Assembly (NCBI GenBank): GCA_023245415.1 | Contig: JAHFKJ010000006.1 | Coordinates: 1 to 59,375 of the forward strand | Reading direction: 5' to 3' | DNA from: Candidatus Gottesmanbacteria bacterium | Lineage (GTDB): Bacteria > Patescibacteriota > Microgenomatia > UBA10105 | Length of the DNA stretch: 59,375 bases | Shown: positions 18,057 through 26,772 of the stretch, one piece after another | Layout: each line of letters starts with the position of its first letter | Position numbering within the stretch: the first letter of the stretch is position 1 | Position numbers and translations under genes: made by a program | Notes under the pieces: generated by a model | What the model was told of the DNA's origin: nothing | Databases searched by the model: none | The model's input: only the letters and a program-made list of their open reading frames with translations

Positions 18057-18458
18057 ATGATTATGGATCAACAAGACGCTCGTGTAATAAATAAACCTAA
18101 AATTTTATTAGTCGAAGATAATGAGACTTTTCGCAAAGTAGTTAAGAGAACAATGGAGTTGTCAGGATTTGATATTTTTGAAGCTGAAAATGGGCTCAGA
18201 GGTTTAGAAATCGCCCGGGTAAATAAACCAGACCTGATTCTGGTTGATATATATATGCCGGTGATGGACGGGATGTCGATGCTTTCCGAACTTAAAAAAG
18301 ATGAAATCCTCATGAAGATTCCAGTCGTTATGGTGACCAACGTTCAGGAGGAACTTGACAATGCAGTCAAGGCTGGTGCTGAAGAAGCAATTCTTAAATC
18401 TTCACTTACCCCTTCACAAATGGTGGACGTGTGTAAGAAGTATTTGGATTTAAATTAG
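18057..18458 (+). CDS. stand-alone CheY-like response regulator receiver
   Basis: ILLVEDN, PDLILVDIYMPVMDG and IPVVMVT. Confidence 0.92.
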   Translation: MIMDQQDARVINKPKILLVEDNETFRKVVKRTMELSGFDIFEAENGLRGLEIARVNKPDLILVDIYMPVMDGMSMLSELKKDEILMKIPVVMVTNVQEELDNAVKAGAEEAILKSSLTPSQMVDVCKKYLDLN

Positions 18459-20842
18459 TCTTCACTTCTTGTTGGCCAGGAAGCGGTGATTAATAAATTT
18501 TTCGATTCAATCGGCATTAAGTGCCAAATTTCTTCAGTCACAAACGGCATGAAAGGATGGAGGAGTTTCAGAATCGTGAAATAAATATAGCGCATGACGC
18601 TTAATGTTTTTGCTGTTTCTTCATGTTTTTTCTCCAATTCGTAAGTTCTAATTCGCAATTTTAAATTCTCAAGATACCAATCGGCATATGTATGCCAGGT
18701 GAATTCATACAGCGAACTTGTAGCTTCACCAAAGTTGTAATTATCCAGGGCTTTCGTTACCCGATTGATCTGCATAGTTAGTTGTGAAAGTATGCGTCTG
18801 TCTTGAGGGTGTAAAGTTTTTCGCGCTGCTACTAAATCTTCGTAAAAAGGAATATCCACTGGACTGCCATCTGTGAACTGCATACTTACAAATCTGCCAA
18901 TGTTCCAGAGTTTATTGGAGAAATTGCGATAACCCCGGATGCGTTCTTCCATTTGCTGTTTGGAAATCAACAAATCATTTCCGCTGTCGCGTCCGGCAAG
19001 CAGGGCCATACGCACAGCATCGGCGCCATATTTGGCAATAGCTTCGTTGGGATTAATACCGTTACTTTTGGATTTGCTCATTTTTTGGCCTTTTTCGTCC
19101 CGGAGTACGCCATTTATCAAGGCAACCTGAAAAGGAACCTCATCAGTCAGATACAAGCCGAACATGATCATCCGCGCTACCCATAAAAATAAAATTTCAT
19201 ACGCCGTATTCATAACTGTAGTAGGGTAAAAGTGTTTAAAGTCATTGGTATCTGAGTTTTTTAGCGTATTTACCGGCCATTGTCCTGACGAAAACCAGGT
19301 GTCAAAAGTATCCGGATCCTGAATATATTCATCATCTCCAGCTGGCATATCCTGTGAAACTATTGGAGATTCCAGTACGTCGGTGCGCGACCGCGTGTCG
19401 CCTTTTTTCAATAATTCAAATTCGTGAATCTGTTCAGTCGTCTTTTGTGATGAACGTCCGTACCATACAGGGAGTTGCTGTCCCCACCAGATTTGTCGGG
19501 AAATTGGCCAATCCCGGATATTTTTCATCCAGTTAAAATACATTGCTTCGTATTTCTTAGGAATTATTTTAACCTTGCCGGTTTCAACTGCGGTGGTAGC
19601 ACGTTTTGCTAAAGGCTTAATACTCACGAACCATTGACGCGACACCAGAGGTTCAATTGTAGTGGCACAGCGTTCACAGACAGCCACTTCGTGTTTGAAG
19701 GGGACAATTTTTTCCAGCAAATTATTTTTGGATAAGTATTCGGAAATTAACTGCCGGGCAACTTTAGTTTTTAGTCCTGCCCACTGTCCTGCGTCGCTGG
19801 TAAGCTTTCCATCAAAGTCAATTCCGTTTTTAATCGGGATATTATGTTTTATGGCTACCTGATAGTCCTTGCTGTCATGGGCCGGTGTCAGTTTTACAAC
19901 ACCTGTGCCAAATTTGGGATCTACAAATTCGTCGCCGATGATTTTCATGTCTTTTCCGGTTAAAGGGTTTTTGACATTTTTTCCGATTAAGTGAAGGTTT
20001 TTTTTGTCCGTCGGGTTTACTGCCAGATGTGTATCCAGCCAGATCGGTTCCACCCGAGTCGTGGCAACAATTACATATCCTTCTTCCCATGTTTTGGGGT
20101 ATCTTACAAAATAAAGTTGGTCTTCCTGTTCTTTCCATTCCAGTTCCAGATCAGCTAAAGTGCTCCTACAACGGGGACACCAGTTAACGATGCGAAATCC
20201 GCGATAGACTAATCCTTCACGGTGCATTTTGATAAATGTTTCCAATACCAACTGGGAAATTTGCGGATCCATGGTAAACTTTTCGCGCTGCCAGTCACAG
20301 CTGGCACCCAAAGCTCGGAGTTGATTTTCCATGAGCATTTTGTTATCCATGCAAAACTTATAGCATTGCTTAACAAATTCTTCACGGCCCAGGTCGTAGC
20401 GCGATTTATCCTGTTCCTTCCTGAGTTTTTTTTCAAAAGTAACTTGGGTGAGAATTCCGGCGTGATCTACGCCTGGCAGCCATAAGGTGGGTTCGCCTCG
20501 CATTCGGTGATAGCGGATCAAGGCGTCGGAAACGGCGACAAATATCGCGTGCCCCAGGTGGAGTTCGCCATTGGCATTGGGCGGGGGCATAATAATAGAG
20601 AAAGGTTTACCTTGTTTATCCGCCTCTGGTGGAAGCGAGCCGAAGGGTTTACCGTGAGCGGAGCCGAAGGGTTTACCGTGAGCGGAGCCGAAGGGTTTAC
20701 CGTGAGCGGAGCCGAAGGGTTTACCGTGAGCGGAGCCGAAGGGTTTACCGTGAGCGGAGCCGAAGGGTTTAAATGCTCCTGCCTCTTCCCACATTTTATA
20801 TATGCGGTCTTCAGTAGTTTTGTGGTCGTATGTTTTATCCAT
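18455..20842 (-). CDS. valS: valyl-tRNA synthetase
   Basis: PPPNANGELHLGHA (HIGH), GTGVVKLTPAHD, DWPISRQIWWG, DTWFSS and KMSKS. Confidence 0.97.
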   Translation of the reverse strand: MDKTYDHKTTEDRIYKMWEEAGAFKPFGSAHGKPFGSAHGKPFGSAHGKPFGSAHGKPFGSAHGKPFGSLPPEADKQGKPFSIIMPPPNANGELHLGHAIFVAVSDALIRYHRMRGEPTLWLPGVDHAGILTQVTFEKKLRKEQDKSRYDLGREEFVKQCYKFCMDNKMLMENQLRALGASCDWQREKFTMDPQISQLVLETFIKMHREGLVYRGFRIVNWCPRCRSTLADLELEWKEQEDQLYFVRYPKTWEEGYVIVATTRVEPIWLDTHLAVNPTDKKNLHLIGKNVKNPLTGKDMKIIGDEFVDPKFGTGVVKLTPAHDSKDYQVAIKHNIPIKNGIDFDGKLTSDAGQWAGLKTKVARQLISEYLSKNNLLEKIVPFKHEVAVCERCATTIEPLVSRQWFVSIKPLAKRATTAVETGKVKIIPKKYEAMYFNWMKNIRDWPISRQIWWGQQLPVWYGRSSQKTTEQIHEFELLKKGDTRSRTDVLESPIVSQDMPAGDDEYIQDPDTFDTWFSSGQWPVNTLKNSDTNDFKHFYPTTVMNTAYEILFLWVARMIMFGLYLTDEVPFQVALINGVLRDEKGQKMSKSKSNGINPNEAIAKYGADAVRMALLAGRDSGNDLLISKQQMEERIRGYRNFSNKLWNIGRFVSMQFTDGSPVDIPFYEDLVAARKTLHPQDRRILSQLTMQINRVTKALDNYNFGEATSSLYEFTWHTYADWYLENLKLRIRTYELEKKHEETAKTLSVMRYIYFTILKLLHPFMPFVTEEIWHLMPIESKNLLITASWPTRSED
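20601..20770 (-). repeat. in-frame tandem array of 24-nt REP-like units in the valS 5' end
   Basis: CGAAGGGTTTACCGTGAGCGGAGC x5 exact (20641-20760), plus a sixth unit interrupted by TCCGCCTCTGGTGGA; encodes (KPFGSAHG)5-KPFGSLPPEADKQGK. Confidence 0.95.
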
Positions 20843-21090
20843 AAAAAAACCGTCCTGCCTTAAAAAGCTAAAGGACGGAAAGTTTTACCTTTTTCCGTGG
20901 TACCACCTTCATTTAGCGTTTAGGAATTAGAAATTAGAATTTAGAAATTAAACAAATTTCTTTACGCTAAGTTCTAAGCGCTCTCATTTACAGTTTTTAC
21001 GGGCTTACCCGGTCTGCCTTACTAATTAAATAAAATGTTCTGACAAACAGCTCCCTGGTGACTGGCCAAGTAATAACGCTTTTATTTACT
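20843..21090 (-). ncRNA. T-box riboswitch (valS leader) with ultrashort Stem I and Val specifier
   Basis: Antiterminator AAGG-UGGUACC-ACGGAAA...UUUCCGU-CCUU. Stem I CUUGG-CCA-GUC-A-CCAGG-GAGC. Stem II with AGAAC/AGUAA S-turn and IIA hairpin CGGG-UAAG-CCCG. Competing hairpin CCGUCCU/AGGACGG followed by U7. Confidence 0.92.
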
Positions 21091-21096
21091 TAAGTT

Positions 21097-21124
21097 ATTA
21101 TAGCTTCTTTCAGAAAGATGTCAA
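21097..21124 (-). promoter_or_regulatory. sigma70-type promoter of the valS T-box leader
   Basis: TTGACA-16 nt-TATAAT on the minus strand. Confidence 0.85.
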
Positions 21125-21135
21125 AAAAACTAAAG

Positions 21136-21558
21136 TTATACCTTCAATTTATATCTTTTGACGTAAGTTCCACCTGTTTTGAGAGATACGGTGACCGTAA
21201 GCGAAGCATTTTTAATATTGTAGTGCGGTGTACAGACGCCTTTACTGCAGGTACCAAAATAAAGATCCCGGCTGTCGGTTGAAGAGCTTGGAGTAATTGA
21301 ACCGACTGCACCCTGTTCAATTCCACTGGCAGAATAACTTAGCGTATAAGACACTTTTGCAACTTTATCAAGATTTGATAAAGTAAGGATGATACTATTG
21401 GTATTGCGGGAGAGTTTGGCAGATGAATAAGCGACACCTTTGCCTGCAGTTGAAGTTGACCGCACGCGGATTTTGGCAGCTTGAATGGGGGCAGGTGTAA
21501 GATGAACAAGTAATATTAATAATAAGCAGATAAGAATTGCGCTGCGCAGAAACTTCAT
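21136..21558 (-). CDS. hypothetical secreted protein
   Basis: Signal-peptide-like MKFLRSAILICLLLILL...IQA; FGTCSKGVC motif. Confidence 0.7.
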   Translation of the reverse strand: MKFLRSAILICLLLILLVHLTPAPIQAAKIRVRSTSTAGKGVAYSSAKLSRNTNSIILTLSNLDKVAKVSYTLSYSASGIEQGAVGSITPSSSTDSRDLYFGTCSKGVCTPHYNIKNASLTVTVSLKTGGTYVKRYKLKV

Positions 21559-21598
21559 AAAATGAATTATAGCAAATCTCATGCTATACTTCCTTATT

Positions 21599-22237
21599 AT
21601 GCAAAAGAAACCGATAATAGCTGTTTTCATTGCTATTTTAGTCATTTTAATAGGAACTGGAGTGTGGGTATGGAAAAGGAAATTTCAAACCTCTGCGATT
21701 CCTTCTTCTTTACAGGAAACATCTGTAAAAGCTTCTCCAAATATTTCCCAGAATTTCGTCACTTGGAAAGACCAGTTAAATTTCAGCTTTGATTATCCCC
21801 AAGATGCTAAAATCGATAAACATGATGAGGACCAGGATAATTATGCGCATGTAGAATTGACACAAAAAGATCACCCGGGAAGTTTGATTGTCTGGGCCAA
21901 AGATCCGCCCAAAAGTAAAACCGGAAAAATTGTAACTTCAGCAATGGAATGGATTGACGCACAAGACGATCTTAAAGACGCATTGGTAATTGATACGACG
22001 TGGGGTGAGCAAAAAGCGAAAAAAGTCAAAGTGACGAGTCTCAAGTCAAAGTTCTATGTAGTTGCATATTATGACGGACTAATTTACTACATCGAAACAG
22101 ATTTGAAAGATAGCGATTATTGGAGCGCAGTTTCTGAAAAAGTAGTAAGTAGTTTTGCTTTTACGCCAAAAGCTGCGTCAGCAGATGAAGGTGGGGGAGA
22201 AACTCAAGCAGTAGATGAGGAAGAAGTGGTGGAGTGA
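21599..22237 (+). CDS. hypothetical membrane-anchored protein (PsbP-like)
   Basis: N-terminal TM; FSFDYP near the start and VVSSFAF near the end; acidic tail. Confidence 0.6.
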   Translation: MQKKPIIAVFIAILVILIGTGVWVWKRKFQTSAIPSSLQETSVKASPNISQNFVTWKDQLNFSFDYPQDAKIDKHDEDQDNYAHVELTQKDHPGSLIVWAKDPPKSKTGKIVTSAMEWIDAQDDLKDALVIDTTWGEQKAKKVKVTSLKSKFYVVAYYDGLIYYIETDLKDSDYWSAVSEKVVSSFAFTPKAASADEGGGETQAVDEEEVVE

Positions 22238-22660
22238 TTATTTTAAAATCTTAAATCCCATCTGCTCAAAATGGTCGTCAAAGGTAAAAACTGTTGATAT
22301 TTTCAGTTCTTTCATGACGACAAAACTCGTACAATCAGTAAACGACCACTGTTTATCCTTATTAAAGCGTTGAAACACTTTTACTGCTTGCAAAAACAAA
22401 TTATTGTTCATCCAAATGAGTTGAATCGGAGTATTAATTTGTAAAATCCAATCCAATAAAGAACTTGAGTATCGAAAACCACTTTTTACACTAGTAATTA
22501 AATGTGTAGTTGATTCGTCAATGACATAGTCTGTAGTTATAATGTTGGATTTTATTTTTATTGATTTGGAGAGTAATTTCAGTGCAGATTGATGCTTTTG
22601 ATCACGCGGGCTCATGATTGCTACAAGAGCTACTGAATCAATAAAAATTGATGTGGTCAT
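22238..22660 (-). CDS. PIN-domain (VapC) toxin, TA pair 2
   Basis: IFIDS, TTDYVIDE, SFTDCTSF and FTFDDHF. Confidence 0.9.
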   Translation of the reverse strand: MTTSIFIDSVALVAIMSPRDQKHQSALKLLSKSIKIKSNIITTDYVIDESTTHLITSVKSGFRYSSSLLDWILQINTPIQLIWMNNNLFLQAVKVFQRFNKDKQWSFTDCTSFVVMKELKISTVFTFDDHFEQMGFKILK

Positions 22661-22968
22661 GCAATTTTCTTTTTCGGGGCACCATACAAATAATGGTCAA
22701 GATTTATGGAACCGTCAGTTGGATCATCAGGTGAGCCATATTTTCTATCGATTTTTTCTGCTTTTTTTGCTAGTTCCAGCAGAGATTGTATTCCAGTTAG
22801 TCTTTTTGATTTACTTTTTTTTCTTGTTTGGATACGTTTTTCCACTTTCACTTTTTCCACGACAAACCGTCTGACAAGCGATGACATGGATTCATTCGTC
22901 ATCTGGGAAATATATTCCAGATCACGTTTAGTTTCAACATCAAGCAGTATTTGGGCGCGTGTCAACAT
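22657..22968 (-). CDS. RHH/CopG-like antitoxin, TA pair 2
   Basis: MLTRAQILLD...SMSSLVR and C-terminal SINLDHYLYG; overlaps the toxin start. Confidence 0.82.
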   Translation of the reverse strand: MLTRAQILLDVETKRDLEYISQMTNESMSSLVRRFVVEKVKVEKRIQTRKKSKSKRLTGIQSLLELAKKAEKIDRKYGSPDDPTDGSINLDHYLYGAPKKKIA

Positions 22969-23002
22969 ATACACAATAGTATTACACAACTATGCGTTTT
23001 TG

Positions 23003-24115
23003 TCAAAAATCCACAATTTCGACTGACAAATCCGGTTGAGCTTCAACTTTTCTCCAATCCACAGAATTCCTGTGAAAATAGGCGTATGCGCCGATGTAGA
23101 CGGCGTTGTCGGTACAGAGTTGCACCGGGGGTACGAATAACTTAATCGATGATAAGTGATATGTGACAAGTGACAAGTTAAACTGCTCACGTAATCTCAG
23201 ATTTGAAGCAACGCCGCCTGAAAGAAGGATTGACTTAGCGTTATATTTTTGAGCAGCTTTAAGTGTTTTTTGTACTAATACGTCAGTAATTGCTTCCTGA
23301 ATTTCGTAAGCAAAAGCGGAAACTAGTTGTAAGTTGTCAGTTGTAAGTTGTGGGTTAGAAACATATTTATTCCAATCACGTGCTACAGCAGTTTTAAGAC
23401 CGGAAAAGGAAAAATTAAGCGAGTCATCATGTAGCATAGGCCGCGGAAATTTAACTGTGAACGATGAACTATGAACATTGAACTTACATGCTGTTTCCTG
23501 TATAGCCAATCCGCCGCGGTTGCCAAAGCCTAAGAGCCGGGCAGTTTTGTCAAAACATTCGCCTGCTGCATCATCCAAAGTTCCGCCCAGCCATTTCAAA
23601 TTTTTGGTTGATTCCATCAAATATAATTCTGTATGACCGCCGGAAACGACGAGAGAAATGGCGGGGAAAACTATTTGTTTGTGGTCCCTCGACTGCGGGA
23701 CGTACCGAATGGTACATCCCTGCGCTCGGGAGGAATTTTGTCCTTCGACTACGTTCGGGACAAAATTCGCATACATGTGGGCCAGGACATGATTGACGGG
23801 AATCAGGGGTTTGTTCCAGACAAAGGCCAAAGTTTTCGCAGTTTCTACACCAATTAAAAGCGAACCGATTAACCCGGGGCCAATTGTTACGGCAATTGCA
23901 TCTATATCATCTTTGGTAAACCCAAACATGCCTTCGGTTAAAACCGGAATCATGTACTCAACTTGATTGCGCGCGGCAACTTCCGGAACCACCCCGCCGT
24001 ACTTTTCGTGAACTTGGGTAGAAGAGGTGAGAGTATTGGTTAAAATTGTAGTACCATTCTCTACAATTGCCACAGCAGTTTCATCACAACTTGTTTCTAT
24101 TGCCAGTATTTTCAT
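23003..24115 (-). CDS. tsaD: tRNA t6A37 threonylcarbamoyltransferase with four repeat-derived insertions
   Basis: ILAIETSCDET, GGVVPEVAAR, GPGLIGSL, HVLAH, VSGGHT, DDAAGE, FSFSGLKT and CTDNA. Confidence 0.97.
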   Translation of the reverse strand: MKILAIETSCDETAVAIVENGTTILTNTLTSSTQVHEKYGGVVPEVAARNQVEYMIPVLTEGMFGFTKDDIDAIAVTIGPGLIGSLLIGVETAKTLAFVWNKPLIPVNHVLAHMYANFVPNVVEGQNSSRAQGCTIRYVPQSRDHKQIVFPAISLVVSGGHTELYLMESTKNLKWLGGTLDDAAGECFDKTARLLGFGNRGGLAIQETACKFNVHSSSFTVKFPRPMLHDDSLNFSFSGLKTAVARDWNKYVSNPQLTTDNLQLVSAFAYEIQEAITDVLVQKTLKAAQKYNAKSILLSGGVASNLRLREQFNLSLVTYHLSSIKLFVPPVQLCTDNAVYIGAYAYFHRNSVDWRKVEAQPDLSVEIVDF

Positions 24116-24124
24116 AACGCATAT

Positions 24125-24547
24125 TTCCTCACCTTAGGATAAGGGGAGGTGAGGAGGGGTTACGAATTTTAGAATTTCTTCGCATACCCCCGACATGTTA
24201 TTTAAGACTTCATTATTCCAAAATCGAATAACTTTAATTCCATGGTTTTTTAAATATTCAGATCTCATTAAATCTTGAATTTTTTTCTCGCTTTCATTGT
24301 GTTGTCCACCGTCTATTTCTATAGCTAATTTGTATTTTGAACAATAAAAATCAAGTATATATAGACCAAATCCAAATTGTCGTAAGAATCTCGTATTATT
24401 GATTTGTTTACCTCTAAGTTTTGACCAAAGTAATCTTTCTGCGTCAGTACAATTTTTCCTTAACTGTTTTCTTCTAATTTTAAATTCTGGTGAATTTACT
24501 AAATATTTCATAACTCACCCTAACCCTCTCTTATCTTAAGAGAGGAA
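24125..24547. mobile_element. DUF559 gene bracketed by ~36-nt inverted hairpin repeats (putative mini mobile unit)
   Basis: Reverse complement of 24125-24161 (AACCCCTCCTCACCTCCCCTTATCCTAAGGTGAGGAA) resembles 24512-24547 (AACTCACCCTAACCCTCTCTTATCTTAAGAGAGGAA); each contains a hairpin. Confidence 0.5.
24134..24511 (-). CDS. DUF559 / Vsr-like endonuclease
   Basis: LRKNCTDAERLLWSKLR, FLRQ, YILDFYC, IEIDGGQH and VIRFWNNEV. Confidence 0.92.
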   Translation of the reverse strand: MKYLVNSPEFKIRRKQLRKNCTDAERLLWSKLRGKQINNTRFLRQFGFGLYILDFYCSKYKLAIEIDGGQHNESEKKIQDLMRSEYLKNHGIKVIRFWNNEVLNNMSGVCEEILKFVTPPHLPLS

Positions 24548-24571
24548 CTATGCCAATTATTAATTACTTTT

Positions 24572-24892
24572 TTATTTTTCAACTAAAAATCCTACCTTCC
24601 GGATTCCAAAGCGAGTTACGACATTAAAATATATTACAGGATCTGGAAGTTTACTCAAAATAAGGTATTTATAATGATAGGGAAAAGCAAATTTAGTAAG
24701 CACTGATTTGTTTAAATCTCTCGATTGGATCCAGGAATAAGCAGATTGAGGGATCAACACTTTAAACTTTGAGAGTTTTTTCGAATTGTTCCAAAGTGTT
24801 TCCCGCAGCTACTATTTTACCATCCGGATCATAAAGAGACACCACTTTGCCATAGAACTTTTTTGCAGCGTGTTATACGTTACGTATTTCAT
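24572..24892 (-). pseudogene. decayed DUF5678-like + retropepsin-like gene pair
   Basis: ATG 24892 MKYVTYNTLQK, A-run frameshift, KFYGKVVSLYDPDGKIVAAGNTLEQ..., internal TAA. Overlapping GTG 24703 ORF ends at 'VGFLVEK*', where a protease D(T/S)G would be expected. Confidence 0.5.
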
Positions 24893-24899
24893 ACCACTG

Positions 24900-25526
24900 C
24901 TATTTTACCACATTAATGCCTTTTGTTTCTTTGACGAAAAAATCTACGCCGTCGGATTCGAGAACAATTAACCCCGCATTGCTGATGCCATGTATGGGTA
25001 ATGTGGCAAATGCAGCCCAGCCAAGATGGATAAGTAGATAACGCATGAGTCCGCCATGACAGACGATTAAAATGACTTTCCCAGGATTTGCTACGGCGAT
25101 TTCACGCAGGAATGTAATTAAACGGCTATTCGCGTTTTCGATCGTCTCGGTACTAGGCAGACCTAGCATATGGCGTTTTTCGATATCTAAATCCTGATGT
25201 TTGACGTGCAGTGCTTCAAGCGCTGTGTTTATTTCAGTGTAAGATTTGCCTTCATAAATTCCGTAATGTCGTTCCCGCAACGCTTTTGTGGTCGCTATTG
25301 CCAGCTTTTTTTCCAGTGTGATGATTTCTGCGGTGCGTTTGGCGCGGACTAAATCTGACGAAAACACCGCGTCAAACTGTACTTGCTGCAGGTCTCTGCT
25401 TAACTTTTTAGCCTGATTTACGCCAGCTTGAGTTAGCGGAGAATCAAGTTGTCCTGCAAGTATTTGTTGTATATTTGCCACTGACTGTCCGTGCCGGACG
25501 ATATAGAAAGTGGTGAGATTATTCAT
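24900..25526 (-). CDS. histidine phosphatase (phosphoglycerate mutase family)
   Basis: RHGQS, SSDLVRA, LRERHYG and CHGG. Confidence 0.92.
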   Translation of the reverse strand: MNNLTTFYIVRHGQSVANIQQILAGQLDSPLTQAGVNQAKKLSRDLQQVQFDAVFSSDLVRAKRTAEIITLEKKLAIATTKALRERHYGIYEGKSYTEINTALEALHVKHQDLDIEKRHMLGLPSTETIENANSRLITFLREIAVANPGKVILIVCHGGLMRYLLIHLGWAAFATLPIHGISNAGLIVLESDGVDFFVKETKGINVVK

Positions 25527-26670
25527 TCGATTTAAAGACTTTACTGTAAAATAAGAGTGGAGTCAGCAAGAGTAAATTTGCGATGATTAAGGCTTTTACC
25601 GGTCCATACACATCACCTATTTTACCTAAAAATATTGCAAAAACACCAAACAGCAGACTGCCAAATAATGACGTTAGAGAGCCCAGAGTAGCCCGCTGGG
25701 CCTGTGTAAATTCTTTTTGTAAGAGTGTGTCTGTGGTGATTTGGCTTACACCATATGTAAGTGAAGTTGTTGTCATTAGAGCAGGGGAAAAAACACTGGG
25801 GAAGAAAAGTGCGGTTAAATTTATGAGGCGATTAAATATAATTTCAAAACGTAATATATTTTGCGGTTTGAATCTATCAATTAATTTTCCGCTAAAAAAA
25901 GAACTAGTAGCAGCAAAAATATTTGACATCATGTTGGATATACCAATAGCCCACAATGGCCAGAGAAGTGATACAAAAACCGATCGAAAGAGATATGCAG
26001 ATTCTCCGATTCCAAATCTAAGCGCAGAAGTGATTGTTAAAAGCCTGAGTTTTTGATTTGTCTGAAATTGCCTGAGCGATTCTTTTAAATGGGAAAAAAT
26101 GTTGCTGCTTTTCTCGGATATTATATGTGGATCGCTTAATGACAGACTAACGGTCACCATTAAAAATTTCGGGATCACCGAAATCCACATCACCCAGGCA
26201 AATGACCGATATGCCACTATGCCGCCGATTAAAGCAGAGACTGCAGCTGCGATCTGAAATAAAGAGCTTAATTTGCCTAAATAAATATGAAATTCATTTT
26301 CCCGGTCATTTTCTTTGAGCCAGTCATGCAGGAGTGCATCATTGTTTCCACTGAAAAATGACCGGGCTAAACCTTCAAAAATTGCTCCAATTATTAAATA
26401 TAAATATCCTATTCCGAGCGCATAAAATACAAAGCCTATCAGGTTTGCAACTGAACCTAAAATCACCGTGTTCTTGCGGCCAATGCGGTCTGAAAATATT
26501 CCGGTGGGAATCTCAAAAACAGCTGCTGAAATAAATACTGTTGAAAATACGCTCATTCCCAGCGCATATGAACCAGAAACGCGTGCGAAATAGATAATCG
26601 CAACTGGTGCGTAAAAAATAAGGTCGGTCAAAAAATTGAAATAAGCAAGGAGTTTAATATTACGGTTCAT
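25519..26670 (-). CDS. MFS transporter
   Basis: About 12 TM; EIPTGIFSDRIGRK motif A. Confidence 0.9.
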   Translation of the reverse strand: MNRNIKLLAYFNFLTDLIFYAPVAIIYFARVSGSYALGMSVFSTVFISAAVFEIPTGIFSDRIGRKNTVILGSVANLIGFVFYALGIGYLYLIIGAIFEGLARSFFSGNNDALLHDWLKENDRENEFHIYLGKLSSLFQIAAAVSALIGGIVAYRSFAWVMWISVIPKFLMVTVSLSLSDPHIISEKSSNIFSHLKESLRQFQTNQKLRLLTITSALRFGIGESAYLFRSVFVSLLWPLWAIGISNMMSNIFAATSSFFSGKLIDRFKPQNILRFEIIFNRLINLTALFFPSVFSPALMTTTSLTYGVSQITTDTLLQKEFTQAQRATLGSLTSLFGSLLFGVFAIFLGKIGDVYGPVKALIIANLLLLTPLLFYSKVFKSNE

Positions 26671-26772
26671 AGGTGTATTTTAGCGGTGAATTACAACAAA
26701 GTCTAAGATTAACCGGTGCTTGACAAATATATGTGACCATGATACCATGACTATGGTTAGTAAATTATAAAT

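Noticed and set aside
20641-20770. CRISPR array
   Set aside because: The 24-nt units are head-to-tail with no spacers, lie in frame in valS, and no cas genes are present.
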